From positions 192,001-256,000 of the forward strand of contig CAWCKW010000013.1 in the NCBI GenBank assembly GCA_963796285.1: a stretch of DNA of 64,000 nucleotides, written 5' to 3'. Under the pieces are notes generated by a model, which ran no database searches, was not told the DNA's origin, and worked only from the letters and a program-made list of their open reading frames with translations. This stretch comes from Nitrospirota bacterium. Its GTDB lineage: Bacteria > Nitrospirota > UBA9217. Numbering within the stretch: position 1 is the first letter of the stretch; each line of letters starts with the position of its first letter. Positions 31,971 to 41,718 of this stretch are shown piece after piece. Both the position numbers and the translations under genes were made by a program.

Positions 31971-32673
31971 TTACCCTGCTATCTTCTCGATCGCAGCCGT
32001 ATCCATTTTAATGCCGGGGCCCATAGTAGTAGAAATAGTCACGTTCTTAAGATACTTTCCCTTACTCGAGGCAGGCTTTGCCTTCAAGATGGACTCAAGC
32101 ACCGCTTTAGCATTGTCCGTCAGTTTGCTCTCGTCAAACGATGCTTTGCCCACCGGTACATGCACAATACCCGCCTTCTCCACACGATACTCCACCTTAC
32201 CAGCTCTGATATCTTTAATGGCCCTTGCCACGTCGAAAGTGACCGTGCCGGTCTTGGGATTCGGCATCAAACCGCGGGGCCCGAGTACCTTACCGAGCCT
32301 GCCAACGAGGCCCATGATATCCGGCGTCGCCACGACCGTATCGAAATCGGTCCAGCCTTCTTTTTGTATTTTCTCAGCGAGGTCCTCGGAACCTACATAA
32401 GTCAGCTCCAGCGTCCCTCGCCTCTTTTTCCTTCTCACCCTTGGCGAAGACAAGGATCTTAACCTTTTTCCCGGTTCCGTGAGGGAGGACAACCGTTCCC
32501 CGGACCATCTGGTCGGCCTGCTTGGGGTCCACTCCGAGGTTCACTGACAGATCAACGGTCTCATCGAACTTGGTCCTCGCTGTTTTCTTGGCAAGCCCGA
32601 CTGCCTCTTCGAGACCATATGACTTTGTCCTGTCCACCAGTGCTGCAACTGCTTTGAATTTCTTCCCTGCCAT
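31971..32673 (-). CDS. rplA: 50S ribosomal protein L1 (apparent 1-nt insertion at ~32399, probable sequence error)
   Basis: KFDETVD...LPHGTGK...AGAD continues as YVGSEDL...[16 protein letters not shown] in another frame. Confidence 0.94.
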
Positions 32674-32684
32674 GGTTCCTCCTC

Positions 32685-32715
32685 GCGGTAATAGCGGCCG
32701 TTGTCGGCCTCCCGC
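32685..32715 (-). promoter_or_regulatory. L1-binding mRNA site upstream of rplA
   Basis: Minus strand GCGGGAGG...CCGCTATTACCGC directly before the SD; resembles the L1 target internal loop. Confidence 0.65.
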
Positions 32716-32775
32716 AATAAAATCAATTTCGAAACACGAATTTAGGATTTAGCGCCTAGAAGTTCAAGTTGGTCG

Positions 32776-33201
32776 TTAATCTACTACATCCAGCCCCATG
32801 CTCTTCGCCGAGCCCTCGATCATGCGCATGGCTGATTCTACGCTTGCCGCATTGAGGTCGGGCATCTTCGTCTGCGCAATCTCCTTTATCTGGGCGCGGG
32901 TCACCTTACCGATCTTGTCCTTGTTCGGTACACCGGAACCCTTGACGATACCGGCGGCCTTCTTGAGCAGTTCCGCTGCCGGAGGAGTCTTGGTGATAAA
33001 GGTGAAGGACCTGTCGGAATAGACCGTGATGATAACTGGGACGATAGTATCGCCTAGCTTTTGGGTCTTGGCGTTAAACTGCTTGCAGAACTCCATGATG
33101 TTCACGCCATGCTGACCGAGCGCGGGACCTACGGGCGGTGCCGGATTGGCCTTTCCTGCTGGAACCTGAAGCTTTATTTTTCCTGTAATCTCTTTTGCCA
33201 T
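32776..33201 (-). CDS. rplK: 50S ribosomal protein L11
   Basis: [27 protein letters not shown]. Confidence 0.98.
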   Translation of the reverse strand: MAKEITGKIKLQVPAGKANPAPPVGPALGQHGVNIMEFCKQFNAKTQKLGDTIVPVIITVYSDRSFTFITKTPPAAELLKKAAGIVKGSGVPNKDKIGKVTRAQIKEIAQTKMPDLNAASVESAMRMIEGSAKSMGLDVVD

Positions 33202-33262
33202 TGATAACTCCCACCTTAAATTTTAACTTTTGATCCTGACTCTAAAAATGTCAACCTTGAAT

Positions 33263-33805
33263 TTATTTTTCTTTCTCCCGCTCAACCTGAAGAAATTCCA
33301 GTTCCACCGGCGTCGAACGACCGAATATGCTCACCATCACTCGAAGCCGTCCGTGAGCAGGGTTCACGTCTTCCACCGTGCCGATGAAGCTGCTGAACGG
33401 CCCATCGATCACCCTGACCCGATCGCCCTTCTGATACGCATGCTTGGGTTGGGTCTGGGCAACGGCGCCCTCTTCCGCCTGTTTGAGGATGGCCTTCACC
33501 TCTTCATCGGAGAGCGGCGTCGGGTTCGTGCTTCCTCCGACAAAGCCTGTAACCTTGGGCGTATCTTTCACAATATGCCACGTATTGTCGTCCATCTCCA
33601 TCTCGACGAGAATGTAGCCGGGGAAAAACTTCCGCTGCGACTTGCGCTTCTTCCCCCCTTTAATGGAAAGGACCTCTTCGGTCGGGACCAGAATCTGTCC
33701 TATTTTTTCCTGCAACGAAAGTTTAGAGACGGTCTCAAGGATGCTGGCCTTTACTTTGTTCTCAAAACCCGCATACGTATGGATCACATACCAGTTCATG
33801 GGCAT
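33263..33805 (-). CDS. nusG: Transcription termination/antitermination factor NusG
   Basis: WYVIHTYAGFENKV, FPGYILVEM, IFGRSTPVELEF. Confidence 0.98.
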   Translation of the reverse strand: MPMNWYVIHTYAGFENKVKASILETVSKLSLQEKIGQILVPTEEVLSIKGGKKRKSQRKFFPGYILVEMEMDDNTWHIVKDTPKVTGFVGGSTNPTPLSDEEVKAILKQAEEGAVAQTQPKHAYQKGDRVRVIDGPFSSFIGTVEDVNPAHGRLRVMVSIFGRSTPVELEFLQVEREKEK

Positions 33806-33813
33806 AATTGTCC

Positions 33814-33999
33814 TTACTTAAAGGCAAGGGTCATCAATCTCCCCAACCCTAAATCTACCAAACCGAGAAAAAAGGCGGCGATGAGCACGGTAGTGATCAC
33901 CACCCAGGTAGAACCTATGACCTCCTTTTTTGTCGGAAACACAACCTTTTTGAGTTCCAGCTTTACTTCTTCGAAGAATTCCGCGATCTTTTTGAACAT
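33814..33999 (-). CDS. secE: Preprotein translocase SecE
   Basis: ELKKVVFPTKKE plus one TM helix; between tRNA-Trp and nusG. Confidence 0.96.
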   Translation of the reverse strand: MFKKIAEFFEEVKLELKKVVFPTKKEVIGSTWVVITTVLIAAFFLGLVDLGLGRLMTLAFK

Positions 34000-34029
34000 G
34001 AGAAAGGCCTCTTTCTACACAGGAGAATA

Positions 34030-34105
34030 TGGCAGGCCAGGAGGGACTCGAACCCCCAGCAGCCGGATTTGGAGTCCGGAGCTCTACCATTAGAGCTACT
34101 GGCCT
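34030..34105 (-). tRNA. tRNA-Trp(CCA)
   Basis: Cloverleaf AGGCCAG...CT CCA AA...GTTCGAG...CTGGCCT G CCA. Confidence 0.97.
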
Positions 34106-34139
34106 GTGTTCTATTCAGCAGCATCCGGATGTATCTCGA

Positions 34140-34292
34140 TTATGCTTTGGTTTCCTTATGCGTCGTGTGCTTGCGGCAGAATCGGCAATACTTGTCCAAG
34201 TTCAGCTTGTCAGGAGTATTCCTCTTGTTTTTGGTCGTTGAATAGTTTTTCCGCTTGCACTCACCGCAAGCAAGTAATACGATTTCACGCAT
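34140..34292 (-). CDS. rpmG: 50S ribosomal protein L33 (Zn-ribbon type)
   Basis: Hand translation [50 protein letters not shown]. Confidence 0.97.
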   Translation of the reverse strand: MREIVLLACGECKRKNYSTTKNKRNTPDKLNLDKYCRFCRKHTTHKETKA

Positions 34293-34381
34293 GTCAATTG
34301 CCTCACCCTTCTCGATTTCAGATTTCAGCTCGTTGATCGCGAATCATTCATTCCGCGATCCGCAGGCTTCAATGTTTTTAT

Positions 34382-35581
34382 TTACTCGATCACTTCGGTA
34401 ATAACGCCTGCGCCCACGGTCCTGCCGCCTTCGCGGATGGCAAAACGCAGGCCCTTGTCCATGGCGATCGGCCCGATAAGCTCTACCGAGCAGGTCATGT
34501 TGTCGCCCGGCATCACCATCTCGACGCCTTCAGCGAGCGTCACCACGCCCGTCACGTCCGTGGTCCGGAAATAGAACTGGGGACGGTACCCCTTGAAGAA
34601 CGGGGTGTGGCGGCCGCCTTCTTCCTTCGTGAGAACATAAGCCTCGGCCTTGAATTTGGTGTGCGGCGTGATGCTTCCCGGCTTTGCCAGGACCATGCCG
34701 CGCTCCACGTCTTCCTTCTTGATGCCGCGGAGCAGGACGCCGACGTTGTCTCCGGCTTCGCCCTGGTCCAGAAGCTTTCGAAACATCTCGACGCCCGTCA
34801 CCACGGTCTTCTGCGTGGGCTTGATGCCCACGATCTCAATTTCATCGCCTACCTTAACAATGCCGCGCTCGATCCTGCCCGTGACCACCGTTCCGCGACC
34901 GGCGATGGAGAACACGTCTTCCACCGGCATAAGATAAGGCTTGTCTATTTCGCGCTTGGGCTGGGGAATATAGCTGTCAACGGCTGCCATAAGCTCCAAG
35001 ATGCTCTTGTACTCAGGCGCATTGACGTCCTTGCTCTCGCTCTGGAGGGCCTTTAACGCACTCCCCTTCACGATCGGGGTCTTGTCCCCGGGGAACTGGT
35101 ATTTGGTCAACAGCTCACGGATCTCGAGTTCCACGAGCTCGATGAGCTCGGGGTCATCCACCATGTCCACCTTGTTCATGTATACCACGATATAGGGCAC
35201 ACCGACCTGACGGGCAAGCAGGATGTGTTCACGGGTCTGGGGCATGGGGCCGTCTGCGGCGGAGACCACGAGGATAGCTCCGTCCATCTGGGCGGCTCCC
35301 GTGATCATGTTCTTTACGTAGTCGGCATGGCCTGGGCAGTCGACATGGGCATAATGACGGTTGTCCGTCTGGTATTCCACGTGCGCCGTGGCAATCGTGA
35401 TGCCGCGTTCCCGTTCTTCCGGGGCCTTGTCGATGTTATCGTAGGAAACAAAGGTTGCGAAGTTCTTGAACGACAACACCTTCGTTATGGCCGCTGTCAA
35501 CGTCGTCTTGCCGTGGTCCACATGGCCGATGGTGCCCACGTTCACATGAGGTTTTGTCCTCTCAAATTTTGCCTTTGCCAT
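34382..35581 (-). CDS. tuf: Elongation factor Tu (tRNA-operon copy)
   Basis: Protein identical to 17749..18948. Confidence 0.99.
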   Translation of the reverse strand: MAKAKFERTKPHVNVGTIGHVDHGKTTLTAAITKVLSFKNFATFVSYDNIDKAPEERERGITIATAHVEYQTDNRHYAHVDCPGHADYVKNMITGAAQMDGAILVVSAADGPMPQTREHILLARQVGVPYIVVYMNKVDMVDDPELIELVELEIRELLTKYQFPGDKTPIVKGSALKALQSESKDVNAPEYKSILELMAAVDSYIPQPKREIDKPYLMPVEDVFSIAGRGTVVTGRIERGIVKVGDEIEIVGIKPTQKTVVTGVEMFRKLLDQGEAGDNVGVLLRGIKKEDVERGMVLAKPGSITPHTKFKAEAYVLTKEEGGRHTPFFKGYRPQFYFRTTDVTGVVTLAEGVEMVMPGDNMTCSVELIGPIAMDKGLRFAIREGGRTVGAGVITEVIE

Positions 35582-35642
35582 GCATTCCTCCCTGTAAAGG
35601 TTAAAGGTCGATAGGAACTGGTTATACGCACTGCTTTTTTAC

Positions 35643-35718
35643 TGGAGCCCATGAGCGGGATCGAACCGCTGACCTCATCCTTACCAAGGATGTGCTCTGC
35701 CAACTGAGCTACATGGGC
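35643..35718 (-). tRNA. tRNA-Thr(GGT)
   Basis: GCCCATG...TT GGT AA...GTTCGAT...CATGGGC T CCA. Confidence 0.97.
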
Positions 35719-35770
35719 GACTTAACCTGTTTAAATGGTTAAAAACTGTTCAAGCCACTTGAATGGTTAA

Positions 35771-35847
35771 TGGAGCGGGAAACGGGATTCGAACCCGCGA
35801 CCCCAAGCTTGGAAGGCTTGCGCTCTAGCCAGCTGAGCTATTCCCGC
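35771..35847 (-). tRNA. tRNA-Gly(TCC)
   Basis: GCGGGAA...CT TCC AA...GTTCGAA...TTCCCGC T CCA. Confidence 0.97.
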
Positions 35848-35852
35848 GTTTT

Positions 35853-35917
35853 ATTTCGAATTGCGGATTGCAGATTTCAGATTTTCAATCTGCACTCCGC
35901 AATCATCAATCCGCATT
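35853..35917. repeat. Inverted heptamer-repeat hairpin between tRNA-Tyr and tRNA-Gly
   Basis: TTTCGAA TTGCGGA TTGCAGA TTTCAGA then CAATCTG CACTCCG CAATCAT CAATCCG. Confidence 0.75.
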
Positions 35918-35925
35918 TCATGAAG

Positions 35926-36011
35926 TGGTGGGGAGGGGAGGTTTCGAACCTCCGTAGGCTGACGCCGACAGATTTACAGTCTGTTCCCTTTGGCCACTCG
36001 GGCACCTCCCC
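35926..36011 (-). tRNA. tRNA-Tyr(GTA)
   Basis: GGGGAGG...CT GTA AA, long variable arm, CCTCCCC A CCA. Confidence 0.97.
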
Positions 36012-36058
36012 GATGGATACAACAAACCCTGATCTAGCATGAACAATAACTGTAAAAG

Positions 36059-36134
36059 TGGAGCCACCGAAGGGAATCGAACCCCCGACAGGCTGATTAC
36101 AAATCAGCTACTCTACCAACTGAGTTACGGTGGC
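36059..36134 (-). tRNA. tRNA-Thr(TGT)
   Basis: GCCACCG...TT TGT AA...CGGTGGC T CCA. Confidence 0.97.
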
Positions 36135-36237
36135 AGAACCATACGGACAGACCACGCCCCTGCCTGATTAAAATAAATTCCATATCTTACCGTAAGATAG
36201 CGAAAGGAAGCATGTAATCCCGCGTCAAAGAATTGTA

Positions 36238-36267
36238 ATTATAAGAGATTGTGGATGATCTTGTCAA
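36238..36267 (-). promoter_or_regulatory. Sigma70 promoter of the tRNA-tuf operon
   Basis: Minus strand TTGACA-N18-TATAAT. Confidence 0.75.
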
Positions 36268-36319
36268 GCAAAAAGATTAATACACGTGGTTTTATCAAAA
36301 TAGCCAAGTTGTACAGCGC

Positions 36320-37084
36320 TCATGACTTAGAGGAAATACCGCTCTTCTCCCGTCGCTGTCTGAGTACTTCATACAAAAGAGCCCCCGATGCTACAGATAC
36401 ATTCAGTGAATTGATCCGCCCCATGAGCGGCAGAGACACCAGATAATCGCAATGCTCCCGCACGAGCCGGCGGATGCCTTTGCCTTCCCCGCCAACCACG
36501 ATTGCGGTTGGACGAACAAAATCCGCCTCCCAATACACCAGATCACCACCCGCCTCGGCACCAGCAATCCATACGCCACTCTTTTTGAGGTTCTCGAGAG
36601 TGTTCACCATATTCACAACCTTGACAACTGGCACGTATTCCAAGGCACCGGCTGCTGTTTTGGCAGTGGTCTCCGTAAGGCCCGCCGCCCTTCGTTCGGG
36701 GATAATGACACCATGTACACCAGCAACTTCGGCTGTTCTGAGGATGGCGCCAAGATTTCTCGGGTCTTCCACACCATCAAGGATCAGGAAGAGCGGTGCT
36801 TGCCCCTTCTGAGCTGGAATCTGCAGCAAATCGTCGAGCGTGGCGTATTTACGAGCAGCAATGACAGCCAGCACACCCTGGTGCAGGGCATTCGGTGCCT
36901 CCCGGTTCAATGCGTCTCGAGTCGTCACCCTGACCTCGATGCCACTCCCCTTGGCCAGCCGGATGATCTCCCGGACCTCCCGGTCCGACTTTCGCTGCTC
37001 GGCGATCAAGACGCGCTGGACCGACCCTCCAGCCCTGAGCGCCTCGATCACAGGGTTGATCCCAAATATTTTATCTCTTTGCAT
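36320..37084 (-). CDS. rlmB: 23S rRNA (guanosine-2251-2'-O)-methyltransferase RlmB
   Basis: HQGV, DGVEDPRNLGAILRTA, GGEGKG, SLNVSVA (SpoU motifs); follows cysS. Confidence 0.93.
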   Translation of the reverse strand: MQRDKIFGINPVIEALRAGGSVQRVLIAEQRKSDREVREIIRLAKGSGIEVRVTTRDALNREAPNALHQGVLAVIAARKYATLDDLLQIPAQKGQAPLFLILDGVEDPRNLGAILRTAEVAGVHGVIIPERRAAGLTETTAKTAAGALEYVPVVKVVNMVNTLENLKKSGVWIAGAEAGGDLVYWEADFVRPTAIVVGGEGKGIRRLVREHCDYLVSLPLMGRINSLNVSVASGALLYEVLRQRREKSGISSKS

Positions 37085-37228
37085 ATGATGGGGGAATCTT
37101 TAAATTCATATTTACAAACTGAAAATAATACTACGTATTCAATATCACAAACTGCGATTTGGCATTCATGTTTATTATTTGGAATTTATTGGGAAGCTGG
37201 CACTTGGGGTTTAGTGCAGATCAGTGAG

Positions 37229-38704
37229 CTACTTCGGTTTCCACACCGTGCCGTCGGACCGGTCGAAAAGCTCCACTCCGCCGTCGTCAAGAACCTTGCG
37301 TATCCGATCGGCCTCGGCCCAATCCTTACGCGCCCGGGCCTCGTTCCGGAGATGAATGAGTTCCTCGATCCGTTCGACGGAGAGCGAAACCTTGCTGTCA
37401 GCGAGCCTTCCCTCCTTGAACCATTCCTCGGGATCGCGGAGGAATATGCCGAGGGTCTTGTTCACATCGTCGAAGGACGCTGCTGCTGCCGACAACAGCA
37501 AGGTCACGGCGTCTTCGTTCTTTTTGTCCGCTTCCGCAAGGACTCTATTCACCTCGCGGACCAGATCGTAGATAAGCCCGATGGCGAAGGCGGTGTTGAA
37601 GTCATCATCCATGGCTTCTTCAAATGCCCTGGGCAGATTCAGGATCTTTTCATAAAGCGGCCGGTCAACGACCTCAATGACATCCTCGGGCCTGACTGCA
37701 GGATGTCTCTTCCCGGCGAGAAACTTTAATATCCCTTCCTTCATCGTATAAAATCGGTCGATCCCCGCCCGTGCGTCCTTAAGGTTCGCATCGGAAAAAT
37801 CGATCGGGCTGCGGTAGTGCGTGGATAGCAAGAACAGCCTCACCACCTCTCCGTCATACTGGTTCAGGATGTCCCGGATGGTAAAAAAGTTGCCGAGCGA
37901 CTTGGACATCTTCTCCTGGTTGATGTTCACGAACCCATTATGGAGCCAGTAGTTCACGAACGTTTTGCCCGAGTAGGCCTCGCTCTGCGCGATCTCGTTC
38001 TCGTGGTGCGGGAAAATCAGGTCCTTGCCGCCTGCATGAATATCGAAGGTCTGTCCCAGGTGCTTGAACCCCATGGCCGTGCACTCGATATGCCATCCCG
38101 GCCTGCCCGGCCCCCAAGGGCTGTCCCAAACCGGCTCGTCCGGCTTCGATTTCTTCCAGAGGGCGAAATCGAGCGGATCGACCTTGCGCTCGTCAACCTC
38201 TACACGCGCTCCTGCTTTCAGGTCATCGAGGTTCCGTTTTGAGAGTTTGCCATACTCCTTGAAGCTAGCCACGCGGAAGAACACGTCACCATCAATAACG
38301 TAGGCATGTCCTTTTGCCACAAGACCCTTAATGACCTCGATCATCTCTGCAATATGCTCCGTGGCCTTGGGCTCGAGGTCCGGCCTGCCAACACCCAATC
38401 GCTTCATGTCCTCCTGATACGCAACGATGTACTTATGCGCCACCTCTGAGGCAGTGATCCCTTCCTCCTTCGCGCGGTTAATGATCTTGTCGTCGACATC
38501 AGTGAAATTCCGCACATAGGTCACGTCAAAACCCTTACGCCTGAAGTACCTCTGGATCAGGTCAAAAGCCACGGCCCCGCGTGCATGTCCGAGGTGGGAA
38601 AAATCATACACGGTCACACCGCAGGCATACATGGTCATTTTGCCGGGATGAATCGGGATAAATTCCTCTTTTTTCCCGCTCAATGTATTGTAAAGCTTTA
38701 TCAT
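37229..38704 (-). CDS. cysS: Cysteine--tRNA ligase
   Basis: YACGVTVYD, HLGH, GRPGWHIEC, FPHHENE, KMSKS; start set at MIKLYNTL (38704). Confidence 0.98.
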   Translation of the reverse strand: MIKLYNTLSGKKEEFIPIHPGKMTMYACGVTVYDFSHLGHARGAVAFDLIQRYFRRKGFDVTYVRNFTDVDDKIINRAKEEGITASEVAHKYIVAYQEDMKRLGVGRPDLEPKATEHIAEMIEVIKGLVAKGHAYVIDGDVFFRVASFKEYGKLSKRNLDDLKAGARVEVDERKVDPLDFALWKKSKPDEPVWDSPWGPGRPGWHIECTAMGFKHLGQTFDIHAGGKDLIFPHHENEIAQSEAYSGKTFVNYWLHNGFVNINQEKMSKSLGNFFTIRDILNQYDGEVVRLFLLSTHYRSPIDFSDANLKDARAGIDRFYTMKEGILKFLAGKRHPAVRPEDVIEVVDRPLYEKILNLPRAFEEAMDDDFNTAFAIGLIYDLVREVNRVLAEADKKNEDAVTLLLSAAAASFDDVNKTLGIFLRDPEEWFKEGRLADSKVSLSVERIEELIHLRNEARARKDWAEADRIRKVLDDGGVELFDRSDGTVWKPK

Positions 38705-38778
38705 AGACAAACAGTCCTCAGGTGATGTAAGCTTTTCGTAGGATAATGGCTGTTCCGCCTCAGTCGGAGTGAAGTGAA

Positions 38779-38807
38779 ATATTATAGATTGCGGCAATCT
38801 TTGTCAA
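38779..38807 (-). promoter_or_regulatory. cysS promoter with a palindrome in the spacer
   Basis: Minus strand TTGACA-N17-TAATAT; AGATTGC-G-GCAATCT at 38786-38800. Confidence 0.6.
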
Positions 38808-38836
38808 GAAGTTTCGCATACAAGAGGGGGCCAACC

Positions 38837-39343
38837 ATGACAGTCAAACCATGCAGATTCGTAGTACAGGAGCACAAAGCCTCGCGACCCCACTATGATT
38901 TCCGTCTGGAGATCAATGGCGTGCTCAAGTCCTGGGCGATCCCCAAGGGTCCGTCCATGAATCCCGCGGACAAGCGGCTCGCCATCATGGTTCCTGATCA
39001 TGTGCTCGAATACATAGACTTCGAAGGCATCATTCCCGAGGGCAATTATGGCGCTGGACCGGTGGTCGTTTGGGATGCAGGAGAATTCGTGTTGCTTGAG
39101 GCCGACGGTCCTGACGAGGCGCTGACAGCAGGCAAGCTCACTTTTGAATTGAACGGGAAGAAGCTCAAAGGCGTCTTCACCCTTGCGCAGATGAAGGGCC
39201 TCCCAAAGGGCACGGGAAAAGAATGGCTGCTCATAAAGAAGAAGGATACTTATGCGCTGCCCTACTTTGCGATAAAGACGGAGCTTACGCCCGTAAAAAT
39301 CTCAAAGCTTAAAGAACGGAAGCCGCCCTGCGATACAGAGTAG
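38837..39343 (+). CDS. Stand-alone LigD 3'-phosphoesterase (PE) domain protein
   Basis: FVVQEH, HYDFRLE, LKSWAIPKGPS, KRLA..VPDH, FEG.IP..YGAG.V.VWD.G, WLLIK. Confidence 0.9.
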   Translation: MTVKPCRFVVQEHKASRPHYDFRLEINGVLKSWAIPKGPSMNPADKRLAIMVPDHVLEYIDFEGIIPEGNYGAGPVVVWDAGEFVLLEADGPDEALTAGKLTFELNGKKLKGVFTLAQMKGLPKGTGKEWLLIKKKDTYALPYFAIKTELTPVKISKLKERKPPCDTE

Positions 39344-39609
39344 ATCTACTACCTTCTTCCCGCCCAAGGGAACTCCCGTTTCTTCCCCGGCCTGCCTAAA
39401 GTAATAAAGAGGATAAAACCGCAACCCGCGCAACCAAAACCGGCTGGGGGCAAGGCCAGTCTCAGTAAAAGAAATTTTTCTTGAGTTTTGCCTCATAAAA
39501 TACTATAGTAAGCGCTCATTGGTTCGCTACGGAAGACGCCCCTATGCGCTCCCTTCTGTTCTCTGCACTCGCTGCGGCAGAACATACCATCACTTTCAGG
39601 AGATCTATA

Positions 39610-40641
39610 ATGTCCAGAGCAGACAGGTTCATCAATGCATGCAGACGTCAGCCGGTGGACTGCACCCCGGTGTGGATGATGCGCCAGGCGGGACGCTATT
39701 TGCCGGAATACCGAGAGATCAGGGCGAAGCACACCTTCCTCGAGATGTGCAAAACACCCGAGCTCGCCGCGGAGGTGACGATCCAGCCGATCCGTCGCTA
39801 CGAAATCGACGCGGCCATCATCTTCGCGGACATCCTGCTGCCGCTCGAGCCCATGGGCATCGGCCTCGAATTCGCCAAGGGCGAGGGCCCGGTGATCCAC
39901 AATCCCGTTCGCACCATGTCGGACGTGCAGAAGCTCAAGCCCATCGACGCGGCAACACAGATCGAATACCTCATGACGGCGATCAAGATCGTCCTGAAGG
40001 AACTGAACGGCAAGGTGCCTCTGATCGGATTCTCAGGCGCGCCCTTTACGCTTGCCTCGTATATCATCGAAGGCGGCGGGTCAAGAAATTACGAGCACGC
40101 CAAGACCATGATGTTCGCCGAGCCGAAGGCCTGGCACAAGCTCATGGAACATCTGACCGGCGTCATCATCAACTACCTGAACGCCCAGATCGACACCGGC
40201 GTGCAGGTGGTCCAGCTCTTCGACTCCTGGGTCGGCGCGCTCGGACCCGCGGACTACCGCGAGTTCGTTCTGCCTCACCAGAAGAACGTGATCGCCGGCG
40301 TCAAGAAGACCGTGCCGCTCATCCACTTCGCCAACGGGGCAACGCATTTGCTTGAGATGGTTGCGGAAGCGGGCGGCGACGTGATCGGACTCGACTGGCG
40401 ATGCAACCTGGACGAGGCCTGGAAGCGCGTGGGACATGACAAGGGGGTACAGGGAAACATCGACCCCATCTCGCTCTTCGGCACGAAGGAATTCATCCGC
40501 AAGCGCACCAAGGAGATCCTTGACCGCGCCGGAAACAGAAACGGCCACATCATGAACCTGGGGCACGGCATCCTGCAGCAAACGCCGCTCGACCACGCTG
40601 CAGAGTTCATCAACGCAACGCATGAAATGAGCAAGAGATAG
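39610..40641 (+). CDS. hemE: Uroporphyrinogen decarboxylase
   Basis: PVWMMRQAGRYLPEY, IIFADIL, GAPFTLASY, NLGHGI; start ATG 39610 after GGAG. Confidence 0.97.
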   Translation: MSRADRFINACRRQPVDCTPVWMMRQAGRYLPEYREIRAKHTFLEMCKTPELAAEVTIQPIRRYEIDAAIIFADILLPLEPMGIGLEFAKGEGPVIHNPVRTMSDVQKLKPIDAATQIEYLMTAIKIVLKELNGKVPLIGFSGAPFTLASYIIEGGGSRNYEHAKTMMFAEPKAWHKLMEHLTGVIINYLNAQIDTGVQVVQLFDSWVGALGPADYREFVLPHQKNVIAGVKKTVPLIHFANGATHLLEMVAEAGGDVIGLDWRCNLDEAWKRVGHDKGVQGNIDPISLFGTKEFIRKRTKEILDRAGNRNGHIMNLGHGILQQTPLDHAAEFINATHEMSKR

Positions 40642-40716
40642 GACCAGGGTCAAGGGTTCGATAGCCAGGGTTCAGGGTAAAGACTTTCCCGGCCCTCGGA
40701 CCCTGAACCCTGACCC
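40641..40716. repeat. Inverted heptamer-repeat hairpin between hemE and hemH
   Basis: GGACCAG GGTCAAG GGTTCGA TAGCCAG GGTTCAG versus GGACCCT GAACCCT GACCC. Confidence 0.7.
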
Positions 40717-40726
40717 CCTTTTTATA

Positions 40727-41626
40727 ATGTCGAATCTCACCGCCGTCATACTCATCGCCCTTGGCGGACCCCGTTCACTTGACGAAGTCGGGCCATTTAT
40801 GGCTGCCTTCATGGAACGTCCTGCGCCGGTGCCCGTCGTCACCGCCGTGGTCGAGCGTTACAAGCTCATCGGCGGCAAGTCCCCCCTTCCCGACCTCGTC
40901 AAGGCCCAGGCAGACGCCTTGGAAAAAGAACTCGGCACCGGGTATCGGGCATACGAAGGATTCCGATATACCAAGCCGATGGTGGCTGAATCATTCGACC
41001 GGGCCATCAAGGACGGAGCTCGTCGCGTGATCGCGCTTTCCATGTCGCCTTTCTCAACCGAGGTCACGACCGGCGCATACAGAAGCGCCTGCAATGGGCT
41101 GGGAAGCGGGGAAACCTGCCCGCTCTTTATCCCGAGCTGGCATGACAATCCCCTGTTCATCGACTCATGGGGTGAAAAGGTCCGAGCAGGACTTGCCAGG
41201 TTTCCAGAAACTCTGCGGGACCGGGTCGTCGTCATCTTCACGAGTCACAGCATCCCCATCCGATACATCGCAGCCGGCGACCCGTACCAAAAACAAGTTG
41301 AAGAAACTGTCGGTCTTGTCGTCAACAAGACCGGAATAAAAAACTGGCGCATTGCCTGGCAAAGCAAGGGTGCGCGGGCGACGGAACCCTGGATCGGGCC
41401 CGAGGTAGAGCCCACGCTTGACCAGATCGCCCGTGAAGGCTTCAAATCGATTCTTGAAGTTCCTATCGGTTTCACCTGTGACCACATGGAGACGCTCTAT
41501 GACATCGATATCGTCCATCGGGCGCATGCGAAAAAGCTGGGGCTCAAGTTTGAACGCGCTGAGTCTCTGAACACCTCGCCGCTCTTTATTAAAACCCTGG
41601 CGGATATTATAAAAAAAATAGTATAA
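40727..41626 (+). CDS. hemH: Ferrochelatase (probably coproporphyrin ferrochelatase)
   Basis: YKLIGGKSP, SHSIP, GDPY, WQS, WIGP, DHMETLYDID. Confidence 0.94.
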   Translation: MSNLTAVILIALGGPRSLDEVGPFMAAFMERPAPVPVVTAVVERYKLIGGKSPLPDLVKAQADALEKELGTGYRAYEGFRYTKPMVAESFDRAIKDGARRVIALSMSPFSTEVTTGAYRSACNGLGSGETCPLFIPSWHDNPLFIDSWGEKVRAGLARFPETLRDRVVVIFTSHSIPIRYIAAGDPYQKQVEETVGLVVNKTGIKNWRIAWQSKGARATEPWIGPEVEPTLDQIAREGFKSILEVPIGFTCDHMETLYDIDIVHRAHAKKLGLKFERAESLNTSPLFIKTLADIIKKIV

Positions 41627-41718
41627 TAGGTAAGTCACCGAAGATAGCAAAGACGAAGAATAAGGGTAAGAACTTCTTCTTGGTGACTTGATAAGATCGT
41701 GGTAAAAAGAGGACATAC

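Noticed and set aside
31500-32410. Programmed frameshifting in rplJ and rplA
   Set aside because: No slippery heptamer or stimulatory structure; same lesion type occurs in many unrelated genes, so sequence error is more parsimonious
35722-35917. CRISPR-like array among the short repeats
   Set aside because: Units are 7-9 bp, tandem and degenerate, with no unique spacers and no cas genes
38705-38797. T-box leader or N-terminal extension of CysRS
   Set aside because: Leader too short and no T-box motif; the upstream in-frame TTG lies inside the predicted promoter
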